Shown here in pieces: positions 1 to 18,500 of a stretch of DNA of 47,726 nt. Source of the stretch: Emiliania huxleyi CCMP1516 (lineage: Eukaryota). The position numbers and the translations under genes are program-made. A model generated the notes under the pieces. That model had not been told where the DNA came from. It saw only the letters and a program-made list of their open reading frames with translations, and searched no databases. Within the stretch, counting starts at the first letter, position 1; the number at the start of each line of letters is the position of its first letter. The stretch lies in contig NW_005201213.1 in the NCBI RefSeq assembly GCF_000372725.1, positions 248,001 through 295,726 on the forward strand. Reading direction: 5' to 3'.

Positions 1-377
1 AGCCACTCGATCGTGGTCTCTGGCTGCTCGGGCAGCGGCAAGACGGAGACGGCGAAGCACGCGCTCACATTCATCGTCTCCTTGTCGCTGGGCGGAGGTG
101 GAGGCGGAGGAGAGGGCGATGTCGAGGCGGTGGGAGCGAGGCTGCTCGCCGCGACTCCTCTGCTGGAGGCGCTCGGCAACGCATCCACCGCCCGGAACTG
201 GAACTCGTCCCGCTTTGGCAAGGGCGTCCTCCTCTCGCGGAATCTTTGCGGCGACGCGGCCGCGGGGCGGGGCGAGGGCGGGCTGCGCGCCAGCATCCGC
301 ACCTACCTGCTCGAGACATCTCGCGTGGTTGGCGGGGCGGAGGGCGAGCGCTGCTTCCACGTGTTCTACCAGCTGCT
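1..377 (+). CDS. Myosin motor domain fragment (cut by window start and N gap)
   Basis: Frame 1 reads SIVVSGCSGSGKTETAK (P-loop, cf. GESGAGKTE), LLEALGNASTARNWNSSRFGK (switch I), YLLETSRVV and ERCFHVFYQL, all myosin head motifs. Confidence 0.9.
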
Positions 378-477
378 NNNNNNNNNNNNNNNNNNNNNNN
401 NNNNNNNNNNNNNNNNNNNNNNNNNNNNNNNNNNNNNNNNNNNNNNNNNNNNNNNNNNNNNNNNNNNNNNNNNNNNN

Positions 478-1149
478 CTTGTCGGAGCCGTCCGGCTTCT
501 CTGCCTTCAGGGACTGGACCTCGTCCTCGAGCGCCTGTACCGTGGTGGCGGTGGGTCCGGGAGAGGAGGGCGGCGGGACGTGTGTTGGCGGAGACGAGGG
601 ATGCGGGCGCGGCGGCGGAGGGGAGGAAAGTGGCGGGGAGATGGAGGACGGGTGGAAGGGAGACGGGGAGGCGGCGGTGGCGGGGAGGTGTGAGGAGGAG
701 GCGAGGGCGGCGAGGACGAGGGCGCGGCGGTGGCGGTGGTGGGGCGGGGGCGGCTGGGTCGGCCTTCACGTCACGCGAAGTGCCAAGCTTGTCGGAGCCG
801 TCCGGCGTCGACCCCGCCTTGAGCGACTGGACCTCGTCCTTGAGCTCCTGCACCTTGTTCACGAGCGCCTGACCCGTGGTGGCGAGGGTGGGCTGGCGGC
901 GGCGAGCGGGGGAAGGGGAGGGAGGGGGACATCGGCCTTGATGTAGCGCGAAGTGCCACACTTGTCGGAGTCGTCCGGCGTCCCCGCCTTGAGCGCCTGG
1001 TTCTCGTCCTTGAGCGCCTGGTTCTCGTCCTTGAGCGCCTGGTTCTCGTCCTTGAGCGACTGGTTCTCCGCGCGTGCCTCCCCGATGTCGGCCCTGCCGT
1101 TGATGTCATCCGTCACTGCGTGCTCCATCTTCGAGGCGGTGCAACCCAT
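478..1149 (-). CDS. N-terminal exons of an MGCxxSK coiled-coil repeat protein (copy 1, runs into gap)
   Basis: ATG at 1149; MGCTASK, heptads (KDENQAL)n, exon 1 = 1149-937, then repeat exons. Near-identical inverted copy at 9241-9936. Confidence 0.65.
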
Positions 1150-1756
1150 TTTGAGCGGTGTTCTGCACACGAGGGGAGCGCACACCGTGAGTCGGGGGAT
1201 GCGAACGCGTAACGCTTGTGGGTTTGATTGTGCGCTCTGGGATGGGGAGGCGGCAGAGGCGGAGCCGGAGGCGGCAGCGGCGGTGGCGGAGCAGTGGCAG
1301 CGGAGGCCGGCGGCACACAAGAGCTGCTCGGGCGTGAGGGAGGGCGGCGGCGGCGGCCTTGAAGTCGATCGTCGATCAAAATCGGTTCCTCGGACACACC
1401 GTTTACGCAGCGCTTACCTCTTGGTCTGAGGTGTGAAGCGATGGAGGCGCTCGCCGCGTGCGGCGATTGAGCGCCTCCCTCTCTCTCCGGCTGCGCGCCT
1501 GACCGGTGCAGCCTCCGAGTCGGCGTCTAGCGCGCGCGATAAGGTTTTTGCTCGCCTTCCCTGGGACCCCGTGTTGCGTGACTCTGTGCGATTCCGGGCC
1601 CGGGTTGTGCGTTTACGTGAACCGCGCCATTGCTGCTGTAACTGTTACGTCTTCGGTCCCCGCGGGAAGCCCCGCGCATAGGACAACAACGTCTGTCCCA
1701 CACACGCACAGTCCACAGACGCGCACATACATCATGCTCGGGCACCCCCCACAGTG
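478..1756. repeat. Left arm of a ~1.1-1.3 kb inverted duplication (partner 8860-9912)
   Basis: Its reverse complement matches 8860-9912 with substitutions and indels; this arm has ~180 extra nt at about 1437-1617. Confidence 0.9.
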
Positions 1757-2086
1757 ACTGTAGTGGTGTGAGCACACACGCAAAATCGGCTTTTTAGTTT
1801 TTGGGGCACACACATCACTCCAGACACGCGGACACACACAGAAGGACCGCATGCACGCCACGCGAACCTAGCTTAGAGTACTCTCACAACACGCGCATCA
1901 GCCCGCCGATCGTTGGGCGCCTGCCTACGCTCCGGCCGCGGTGTACCCCGTGGCGCACTCCTGCCTAGCCGGGCGCTTCGCTGAGAGCTCCGCTCTCACG
2001 ATCCACGCCCCTCTCCCGCAGACCGCCCTTGGCGGCGCCCGTGGCCGCCCGACTGCCGCCGTGACGAGCCCACCCCTTCGACGCCG

Positions 2087-8683
<6,597 letters not shown>

Positions 8684-8859
8684 CAGTGGAGGAAGTCCCT
8701 TGTGCCTGCGGCGTCGCTCGGGCGGTCGCCCCTTGCTTTTCTTCTCTCTTCGGGGGGGGGGGGGGGGTCATAACAAACACGGTACAGGATCGAGGCAGTC
8801 CTTTCATTTTCTTCTTTCAGGTAGTAGCGCTACTTTCGTTTACCCACACTAAGCGAGTA

Positions 8860-9912
8860 CACTGTGGGGTGCCCGAGCATGATGTATGTGCGCTCTGTCT
8901 GTGCGTGTGTGGGACAGACGTTGTTGTCCTATGCGCGGGGCTTCCCGGGACGGCGCGGTTCACACCTCAGAAAAAAGCAGCGCCAACGGCGTGTCCGAGG
9001 AACCGAATCACAGACGACGATCGACTTTCAAGGCCGCCGCCGCCCTCCATCACGCCCGCGCAGCTCTTGTGTGCCGCCGGCCTCCGCTGCCACTGCTCCG
9101 CCACCGCCGCTGCCGCCTCCGGCCCCGCCTCTGCCGCCTCCCCATCCCAGAGCGCACAATCAAACCCACAACATGCGTTACGCGTTCGCATCCCCCGACT
9201 CACGGTGTGCGCTCCCCTCGTGTGCAGAACACCGCTCAAAATGGGTTGCACCGCCTCGAAGATGGAGCACGCAGTGACGGATGACATCAACGGCAGGGCC
9301 GACATCGAGGAGGCACGCGCGGAGATCCAGTCGCTCAAGGACGAGATCCAGGCGCTCAAGGACGAGAACCAGGCGCTCAAGGACGAGAACCAGGCGCTCA
9401 AGGCGGGGACGCCGGACGACTCCGACAAGTGTGGCACTTCGCGCTACATCAAGGCCGACGTCCCCCCTCCCTCCCCTTCCCCCCTCCCCGCCGCCAGCCC
9501 ACCCTCGCCACCACGGGTCAGGCGCTCGTGAACAAGGTGCAGGAGCTCAAGATTGAGGTCCAATCGCTCAAGGCGGGGTCGACGCCGGACGGCTCCGACA
9601 AGCTTGGCACTTCGCGTGACGTGAAGGCCGACCCAGCCGCCCCCGCCCCACCACCGCCACCGCCGCGCCCTCGTCCTCGCCGCCCTCGCCGCCTCCTCAC
9701 ACCTCCCCGCCACCGCCGCCTCCCCGTCTCCCTTCCATCCGTCCTCCATCTCCCCGCCACTTTCCTCCCCTCCGCCGCCGCGCCCGCATCCCTCTTCTCC
9801 GCCAACACATGTCCCGCCCCCCCCCCCTCCCGGACCCACCGCCACCACGGGCCAGGCGCTCGAGGACGAGGTCCAGTCGCTCAAGGCGGAGAAGCCGGAC
9901 GGCTCCGACAAG
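8860..9912. repeat. Right arm of the inverted duplication (partner 478-1756)
   Basis: Reverse-complement match to 478-1756. Confidence 0.9.
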
Positions 9913-9936
9913 TTTGGCACTTCGCGCGACGTCAAG
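9241..9936 (+). CDS. N-terminal exons of the MGCxxSK coiled-coil repeat protein (copy 2); possibly the 5' end of the ART-LRR gene
   Basis: Exons 9241-9453, 9522-9626 and 9856-9936 are all phase 0 with GC-AG introns, and each ends SDKxGTSRxxK. No stop in the spliced frame before the gap. Confidence 0.7.
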
Positions 9937-11808
9937 GCACGCCCGCCCCCCACACCCTCGATCTTCCTGGTTCTTGCCGGTCTTCCAAAATGATGGCGCA
10001 CTCCTTACCATCTGGGACATTAATGTGTTATTCTGCTACTCACGCTGTTTCTGACTCTCTCACCGTGGAGTTGTTTGCTTCTNNNNNNNNNNNNNNNNNN
10101 NNNNNNNNNNNNNNNNNNNNNNNNNNNNNNNNNNNNNNNNNNNNNNNNNNNNNNNNNNNNNNNNNNNNNNNNNNNNNNNNNNNNNNNNNNNNNNNNNNNN
10201 NNNNNNNNNNNNNNNNNNNNNNNNNNNNNNNNNNNNNNNNNNNNNNNNNNNNNNNNNNNNNNNNNNNNNNNNNNNNNNNNNNNNNNNNNNNNNNNNNNNN
10301 NNNNNNNNNNNNNNNNNNNNNNNNNNNNNNNNNNNNNNNNNNNNNNNNNNNNNNNNNNNNNNNNNNNNNNNNNNNNNNNNNNNNNNNNNNNNNNNNNNNN
10401 NNNNNNNNNNNNNNNNNNNNNNNNNNNNNNNNNNNNNNNNNNNNNNNNNNNNNNNNNNNNNNNNNNNNNNNNNNNNNNNNNNNNNNNNNNNNNNNNNNNN
10501 NNNNNNNNNNNNNNNNNNNNNNNNNNNNNNNNNNNNNNNNNNNNNNNNNNNNNNNNNNNNNNNNNNNNNNNNNNNNNNNNNNNNNNNNNNNNNNNNNNNN
10601 NNNNNNNNNNNNNNNNNNNNNNNNNNNNNNNNNNNNNNNNNNNNNNNNNNNNNNNNNNNNNNNNNNNNNNNNNNNNNNNNNNNNNNNNNNNNNNNNNNNN
10701 NNNNNNNNNNNNNNNNNNNNNNNNNNNNNNNNNNNNNNNNNNNNNNNNNNNNNNNNNNNNNNNNNNNNNNNNNNNNNNNNNNNNNNNNNNNNNNNNNNNN
10801 NNNNNNNNNNNNNNNNNNNNNNNNNNNNNNNNNNNNNNNNNNNNNNNNNNNNNNNNNNNNNNNNNNNNNNNNNNNNNNNNNNNNNNNNNNNNNNNNNNNN
10901 NNNNNNNNNNCTCAACCCACCCACACACCCCGCCACCGCCCTCGCCACCGCCGCCACGCACCGCCCCCCTCGCCGCCGCCCTCGCCGCCTCCTCTCCCTC
11001 CGCCGCCGCGGCGGCCGCCTCCTCTCCATCCGCCGCCGTCGCCACCGCCGCCGCGTCCGTCGCCACCGCCCTCCCATGTCCCCGCCATCTTGTACTCCCA
11101 TCCGCCGCCGTGTCCACACGTCCCCCCCCCCCGCCCAAATATGAGTATTATCTCCTCACCCTGAACGGCGACGAGCTCTCCTTTTTTCAGATATTTGAGG
11201 CCGCATGCTGCANNNNNNNNNNNNNNNNNNNNNNNNNNNNNNNNNNNNNNNNNNNNNNNNNNNNNNNNNNNNNNNNNNNNNNNNNNNNNNNNNNNNNNNN
11301 NNNNNNNNNNNNNNNNNNNNNNNNNNNNNNNNNNNNNNNNNNNNNNNNNNNNNNNNNNNNNNNNNNNNNNNNNNNNNNNNNNNNNNNNNNNNNNNNNNNN
11401 NNNNNNNNNNNNNNNNNNNNNNNNNNNNNNNNNNNNNNNNNNNNNNNNNNNNNNNNNNNNNNNNNNNNNNNNNNNNNNNNNNNNNNNNNNNNNNNNNNNN
11501 NNNNNNNNNNNNNNNNNNNNNNNNNNNNNNNNNNNNNNNNNNNNNNNNNNNNNNNNNNNNNNNNNNNNNNNNNNNNNNNNNNNNNNNCCCCTCCTGCGCC
11601 GCTTCCTCCGCCTCCGCCCCCCGCTCTGCCCCTTCTCCACTACCGACATCGGCTCCGCCTGACCCCCCGCCACCCTCTCCTCCGCCCGTCACCGTCACGC
11701 CGCCTCTCTCAGTGTCCCTCGCCTCCGCCCCCCGCTCACCACCACCTTCACCGCCCCGCCCTCCGTACACATACTCACCCGAAGGTCCGCGACCCGTCCC
11801 GCGTGTAG

Positions 11809-14329
11809 GCCTCGAGGCGCTCGTCGGGGCGCCGCTCATGGTGGACGGCTCGCTCTTCAAGGCCATGGAGACGGAGCACTGCGGCGAGAAGGATGCGGAC
11901 GTGCCGTTCGACACCTCCAACGGCATCAAGGGCGCGACCTCCAAGCTGGAGTGGGAGTTTGTCGTCGCGCCTGTCGAGGACCAGGACGGCCGCTACGCCG
12001 AGCGCGGCGGCGACTTCCGCACGGCCCACTCCGAGTGGTGCCGCAAGCCGGAGCCGCTCCCGGTCTACGAGGCGAAGATGGCGGACGAGATGAACCCGAG
12101 GCTCGAGGCGGCGGGGCAGGCGCCGCTCACCAAGGAGGAGCTCGTCGCCGGCCGGCTGTACACGGGGCCGATGTACGAGAAGTACAACGCCGTCCTTCGC
12201 TTCTTCGCGGCGCTCGGCGCCGACGGCGCTGTGCGGCTGGTGTACGCCTCGATGGAGGAGGTGCCCTTTCTGCAGAAGAAGTGCGGCTGGCTTCACCTCG
12301 GCGAGTGGGTTGCGACGGCGGCGGGCAAAGGCGAGCCGGCCGCGGTGCGCTGGACGTGGAACAACAAGTACACGACCACCATCCACGCGATCAACTCGAT
12401 CATTGTCAAGCTGTCGCCGCTGACCAAGATCACGCCGCTCTACCGCGGCTGGGCGGGCGCCACGCTCCCGGAAGCCTTCTTCAAGCCGGACGCGCTGGGC
12501 TTCCGCGGCGGCGTCGAGTACGGCTTCTCGTCGACCACCACCGACCGCGCGCAGGCGGTGCACTACGCGGAGGGCAAGGCGTCGACGGTGCTCGAGCTCG
12601 GGATGGGCATGATCGACCGCGGCGCCGACATTGCGTGGCTCTCGCAGTACCCGCACGAGAGGGAGACGCTGCTGCCGCCGCTCATGGGCCTGCAGGTGCG
12701 TCAACCTCGCTCCACCTCCCTCCTCCGCCTTCTCCTTCATCGCCTGCCCCTTCTCGACACCTGCAGGTGCGTTCGACGGGCGTGGAGGGCAGCACGATCG
12801 TCATCCAGAGCAGCTTCTCCATCAACATGGCCTCGCTCACGCTCGAGCAGGTGGCGGGCAAGCGCAAGAAGCTGCTCACCGACATGGGCGCGCAGATGGC
12901 GGCGGAGGTGCGCCGGGGGGTGGCTGGGGAGGCAGCGGAGGAGGCGTCGCAACTAGTTCGCGTGCATCTCGGCCTCGAGCGATGCGCGGACGCCGGTGCG
13001 GCGGACGAGCGGCTCGAGGCGCCGCTCGGCGACGAGGCTGAGGCGTACAACAACGACCTGCGCTTCCAAGCGGCGGTCGGCGACGCGCTCAAGGTGAAGC
13101 GCGCGGCGGTGCTCGCGGCGACGATGCAGCACGGCGGCGGCAGCGGGCTTGCCGCGGCGATGGATACGGTACTGCCGCTGCAGGCCAGCGGCGTCGATTT
13201 GACGGGGTTCCCCCTTGGGACTACCGGCTGGATCAAGGCGAGCGAGGTCGAGGGCGAGTCCAAGGAGGTCGGGGCGAAGGTGATCTACCAGGGGCGCGAG
13301 ATGGTTGTGAGCACGGGCGTGACTCGCGACTCCGAGGACGAGGAGGACGGCAAACTGAAGCTGGTCGATGACGGGATGGTGGGAACAGTGGTCGCGTGGA
13401 TGGAGTCGGAGCCGTCGGCGCTGACGTCGCTGACGCTCGACTGGGGCAAGGTGTGCGGCCGCGTGCGGGAGGCGCTGCTCGGCGCGGTGCGGAAGACGCA
13501 CACGCTCGTCGCGCTGAGCGTGGGCGAGATTAAGGCGATGCCGCTCAACCCGCTGCAGCTCAACGGGCGCGAGGCGGTGCCGTCGCTCGAATTGTCGTCG
13601 AAGTTCCTCGGACCCGCATCGGCTGCGGTCGTCGCGGCGGGGGTTTCGGTCAACGGGGTGCTGACCTATCTGAGCCTCCGGGGCAATGGCATCGGCGACG
13701 AGGGCGCCAAGGCGCTAGCATCCGCTCTTCGAGTCAACGCGGTGCTGACCAACTTGAACCTCCATGGTAACAGCATCGGCGCAGAGGGCGCAAAGGCAAT
13801 CGGCGAGGCGCTTGCGGTCAATGGGGTGCTGAAATACCTCAACCTCTGGGGCAACAGCATCGGCGACACAGGCGCCACCGCAATCGCAGACGCTCTGCGG
13901 GGCAACGGGGTGCTCACCGACCTCAACCTCGGCCACAACCAGATCCGCAACGGGGGCGCCGCTGCGATCGTCGAGGCGCTGCGCGTCAACGGGGTGCTGA
14001 AAACACTCAACCTCGACGGCCACCAGCTCGACCTGCCAAAGCTGCGTGGCACCGATTCGGTGACCTCCCTCGACCTCTCGCGCAAGAGCCTCGGACCCGT
14101 CTCGGCTATCGTGATCGCGTCGCTGGTTTCAGGCAATGAGGTGCTGAAAAGCATCAACCTCGAGTACACCAATTTGGGCCCCACCGGCGCGACTGCGATC
14201 GCCGAGGCGCTGCGCGGCAACGGGGTGCTGACGAGCATCGACCTCCAAGGCAACAATTTCAGCAAAGAGGGGAAGAAAGCGATTCAGGATGCGGTGAGCG
14301 GGCGGGAAGGGTTCAAGCTCAAGATGTGA
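11809..14329 (+). CDS. Mono-ADP-ribosyltransferase (R-S-E class) fused to ribonuclease-inhibitor-like LRRs; 5' part missing
   Basis: RLYTGPMYEKYNAVLR, LYRG (12438-12449), FSSTTT (from 12525) and SQYPHERE (E-x-E at 12657-12665). Intron 12696-12766. 28-aa LRRs such as LTYLSLRGNGIGDEGAKALASALRVN from ~13550 to the stop at 14329. Confidence 0.85.
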
Positions 14330-14508
14330 GTGGGCTCTGAGAGCGGAGTCGGCCAGGGGGACGTACGTGCATGGGATTAGAGTCTTGAGAAACGCTTCGG
14401 CGTCGCAGATTGATTTCTTTTGCGGGAAATTCTTTTTGCGTTTTTCAGCAGGGGGTTGACCACCTCCGCCGCGCTGCCTCCGCCGCGCCAGCCGTTGCCG
14501 CCGCATCG

Positions 14509-14786
14509 GCTTATCCTCGCCCCGATGTCGGCAGCGAGCTGGCTTTCCGGCTCCTCGCTCGGCGGCACAGCGCGCAGCTATGCTACACGCCGATGATCCG
14601 GTCCGAGGAGTTTGCCGTCCCCTGCTGGAGCGCCAGCCGACGACTGCCCGCTGGTCGCCCACTTTTCGGGCAACGACCCGCAGACGCTGCTCGACGCTGC
14701 GAGGCAGGCCGAGCGCTGCCGCGGCGTGGTGGCGGTCGACCTCAACCTCGGCTGCCCTCAGCGCGCCGCGCGGAGCGGCAGGTTTG
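14509..14786 (+). pseudogene. tRNA-dihydrouridine synthase (DUS1-like) N-terminal fragment, frameshifted
   Basis: LILAPM / GSELAFRLLARRHSAQLCYTPM / PLVAHFSGNDPQTLL...VDLNLGCPQRAARSGRF, spread over different frames and truncated after the active-site Cys motif. Confidence 0.8.
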
Positions 14787-15292
14787 ACCGCCGCGCCAGC
14801 CTTGAGAAGCAGCTGGACGCACTCGAGGTGGCCCTCCTGGCACGCCATGAACAGCGGCGTAGCGCCGTCCTCATCGGCCTGATTGACCACCGCGCCCGCC
14901 TCGAGCAGCAGCCGGGCGCAGCTGAGCTCACCCTCCTGGCTTGCAATGAGCAGCGGCGTGGCGCCGTTCTGCCTGGGCTTGGCCGACCGCCGCATTGGCC
15001 TCGAGGAACAGCCGGACGCACTCGAGGTGGCCCCTCTCGCACGCGAGGAAGAGAGCGGAGGCGGCGTCCCCGTCAGCCGCCCCAACGCTCGCGCCGCCCT
15101 CGAGCAGCAGCCGCACCGCCTCGGCGCTTGCCCGTGACGAGCGGCCCAGGTGAGCAGCGTGTCTTGCTTCTCGGTCGGGTGCCGCGCGTCGAGCCTGCCG
15201 CGTGTCTGTCGCCCGGAGAGGAGGGCGAGCAGCGAGCCCAGATCGCCCCGTGCCAGGTCGGGCAGCAGGGCTGGGCCGCCGGCGCCGCTCAT
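14785..15292 (-). pseudogene. Ankyrin-repeat fragment, frameshifted and truncated
   Basis: DTLLTWAARHGQA / EAVRLLLEGGA..ALFLACERGHLECVRLFLEANA / GATPLLIASQEG..GATPLFMACQEGHLECVQLLLKAGA, with two frame changes. Confidence 0.8.
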
Positions 15293-15519
15293 GACGCGGG
15301 GTGACCGAATTCTTTTTGCCGCATGGAGCTCGGAGGGAGCTCTGTTGTAAAATTTCCGAGCAAAAACGCGCTGACATATGCCGCCGAGCTCCGAGCCGCG
15401 ATTGTTTTCGTATGTACTGTGTGAGAGAAGCCACAACATGGACGGCCGACTACGAGCCATACACACGGACACCTTGCAGTAAAACCTTTTCCTTCTAAGC
15501 GGGGCTACACAATGACCCC

Positions 15520-18500
15520 ATAGTGTGGGGGTGTTTCTGGCGAGTCGTGATGAATAGAATTAGATTAGCAAATGGTATTTTGAAGTTCATGTATGAAAAT
15601 ACCAACTTGCCTATGTGCACGTCTCCGCGGCGGCGGCCCGGAGGGGGCCCGGCGGAGCGGTCAGAGCAGCACTGCGCCGGCCGGCGAGCGACTCTCGACT
15701 ATAGTACGGGCTCTATTGAACGGCCTCAAGGTGCTCTCTAGGGCTGCCCTATTCCGCTCGCCCGGCTACGACGCTGAGCTTCGAAGGAAAAGGTTTCGCT
15801 CGGCACGGCGTCGGAGAGCAAACTTCGGCGTTCGTCCTATAGTGGAAGCTGGACGCACGTCGGCAAGTGGGCCCATGACAAGGCGGGCTGCTGCTCAGAA
15901 TCTGGGCCCTCTTGGCGCTCGCTCTCGCGCTCTCCATAACGGCTTTGCCCCCTCTCACGGCTCCGAGAGGGGCTCGCGAGAGGCCGGAGACAGGTCCACC
16001 TTGGCGCTCGCGTCGAGCTGCGAGGCCGGATCCGAGGCCGCCAGGCCGTTGGTAGCACCAGATGGGAAGGCCCGCGCACCCGATTTTTATACGCGAAAAG
16101 TACCCGACGGACTCACGACTCACGAGGGCACACACTCGGCGGTCTCGCGACCGAGACGGCTCACGGGGAGGAAAGAACAGAAGCTAAGGATGGGGACGCG
16201 GGTAGGGGTGCCGTCTTCGAGTCTGGCGGCTCGCCCGGGACGAACGCTCGAGCCTCCGCCCCTCGGACGGGATCCGGAGAGCGCGCGTACCGCCGCGTCG
16301 GCTGGCAGCGGAGCTGGCGGGAGCGGCAGGACCGAAGGCGGCGACGCGGGATACCGGTGCGGTCGCAGCGCTGCAGAGTTGCAGCACCACGACCGCACAT
16401 CGACTGAGCGCATCGGCATGCGCGAGAGGAGGGTGTGCGGGTGCATGCCCGGGCCGTGAGGGCTGGCTGATGGGCCGCGTCGGGCGGCCGCCAGCATGCG
16501 ACTTTGAGAGAAGCGGCCGGCTTCGCAACTCAAGAACCACCTTAAGCCTAGGGGTCCCCAAGCTAGTGCCTAGTCCCCAAGAGTGGCTCAGTGTACTTGG
16601 AGCACTTGGAGTGCAGTCATCAACCTCACATCCAGGGCCGGGGAGCTGAGGAGCGCACCCAGCGGGCCGGATGATCGGTATCGGGTTACGGGCTAGAGAG
16701 CCCTAGCCCCGGGGGTGCGCGTTCGCAGGGAAAGGGCCGTAAAGTAAACACGGGTCTCCGAGGGTTAGTTCCGTGTACCGGGTTTCCCCTTAACTGCAGA
16801 ACGCCCCCTCTACTCGGAGCTAACGGACACACAACACTGTACTCCACGTACGTACACGGACACGCCTCATGTGCGCCCGCCCGACTCCGGTCCCAGAGTC
16901 CCTTCCTTCGCCTGTCGGGGCGAGCCCTCGGCTCGTCCCGGTCCCTTGCTCGCCTTCCGGGCGTTACCAGACTGCCTCTGCAGTCGTTTCTGATGCCTCT
17001 TCCTCGGCTGTGGCCTCGACTCCGCTTCGCCTTCGACTGGTACCGCAGCCTCCGAGAGCGTCGACGGCCCGGCCGGGGTCTCCCCGGGCGAGGACGGCGG
17101 CATTGGGTCGTGTCGCCTCCCCTCCCAGGGAGGACGGGCCCGCTCTCCCTGGTCGACGAGTCGCGCCCGCACCCGCGGCCTCTCTATCGTCCTCGGCTCG
17201 CCCCCCCCCTCCGCCGGCTCCTCCTCAGGCTCGGGGAGGCGTGGCCCTCCCTGTCGAAGATCACGGTGGCCCGGCTGCCACTGCGACGGGTCTCCCCCCG
17301 GTGAGCTCGTACGTCCCGACTCCACTCGCAGAGGCCGCGTCAGTTCATCTCTCCCCTCCTCCGATAACTGACCCCAAGCCCCCCCTGGGGCCCTCCGGCT
17401 TCGGCCTTCCGGCTCGCCGGCGGGCCCGTTATCGTATTGCGGCAACTCCCCTCCCCCAGCTCCTCCTCCCGGGTATTCCAGCCTCCGGCGGGGCGGTTCC
17501 GGATCCCCCAGGTCATTCCGAGCGGGTCCATACGGTGGCGGCCCCGCCGGCGGCGGGGGTGGAGGCGGTGGCAGGGGTGGCGGGTACGGTGGCGGCCCTC
17601 GCGGCCCAAACGCCTGGTGTGGAGCCGCTGGGGCGGCCCCACGACCCTGCAGCCGTTCCAGCGGCGGGGGCGGAGGTGGGAGTGTGGGTGGCGGAAACGG
17701 TGGCGGCACTGGCGGCCGCACCGCCTGGTGTGGAGCCTCAGTGGCGGCCCCTTGACTCAGCGGCCGCTCCAGCCACGGGGGCGGAGGCGGTGGTGGTGGG
17801 GGCGGGCATGGTGGCGGTGCCGGCCGCCGCAACGCCTGGAGCGGGGCCTCGGGGGCGGCCCCCTGCCTCTGCGGTCGTTCCAGCCGTGGTTCCACGCGTC
17901 GGCCGTCCACCCCGCTCTTGGGGGGGGGGGCTAGCTCTCGTCTCCCCTCGGGAAGGGGGGGGGGCAGGGCCCGGATTCGCCGACGGCTCCGCCTCTCCCT
18001 CCCCCCGCTCCGCATCAGGCCGTAGACTGCGCAGTAGTCGCGTCGCCTCCCCCCTCGCCCGGTCCCTCTCGATTCGGTCCCACACTGACCGGATATCAAA
18101 GGCCGAGTTGTGTTCGGATAGCGGGCCCGCCGATGCCACCCGCCTCTTCACACAGCACCAGGCGTACGCCTTCATCGCCTGCCCCCCCGACTGTGTCGGT
18201 CCCGGTGCGATGTCGTTGACGAGGTAGTCCTCCCCCTCCCACCGGAAAACCTGTCCAAGAAGGTCTGTCGAGCCAACCAGTCGTCTTGCCAGGCTCCGCA
18301 CTTCCCGCGTCTGTACTGGCCTGAGAACGCCGGTGCTGGCCGCGAGCGACAGACCGATCGCCCTAAGCTCCGCCAGGACCGCCTTCTCGCCCGCCGCCGC
18401 GGCCGCTCGATCCATCTCGGCCTCTCGGATTGCACCCTCCCGTTGTCTTGCCCTGTCTGCTGCCGGCACGAACCTCTCCGGGCTGCCCCGTGCTCTTTTT

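Noticed and set aside
10911..11212. Exon linking the MGCTASK start to the ART domain (LTLNGDELSFFQ)
   Set aside because: It is a short low-complexity contig between gaps with no convincing splice sites.
16647..16735. Hammerhead ribozyme at ctgagga followed by a stem
   Set aside because: No GAAA directly follows the closing stem, so the catalytic core is incomplete.
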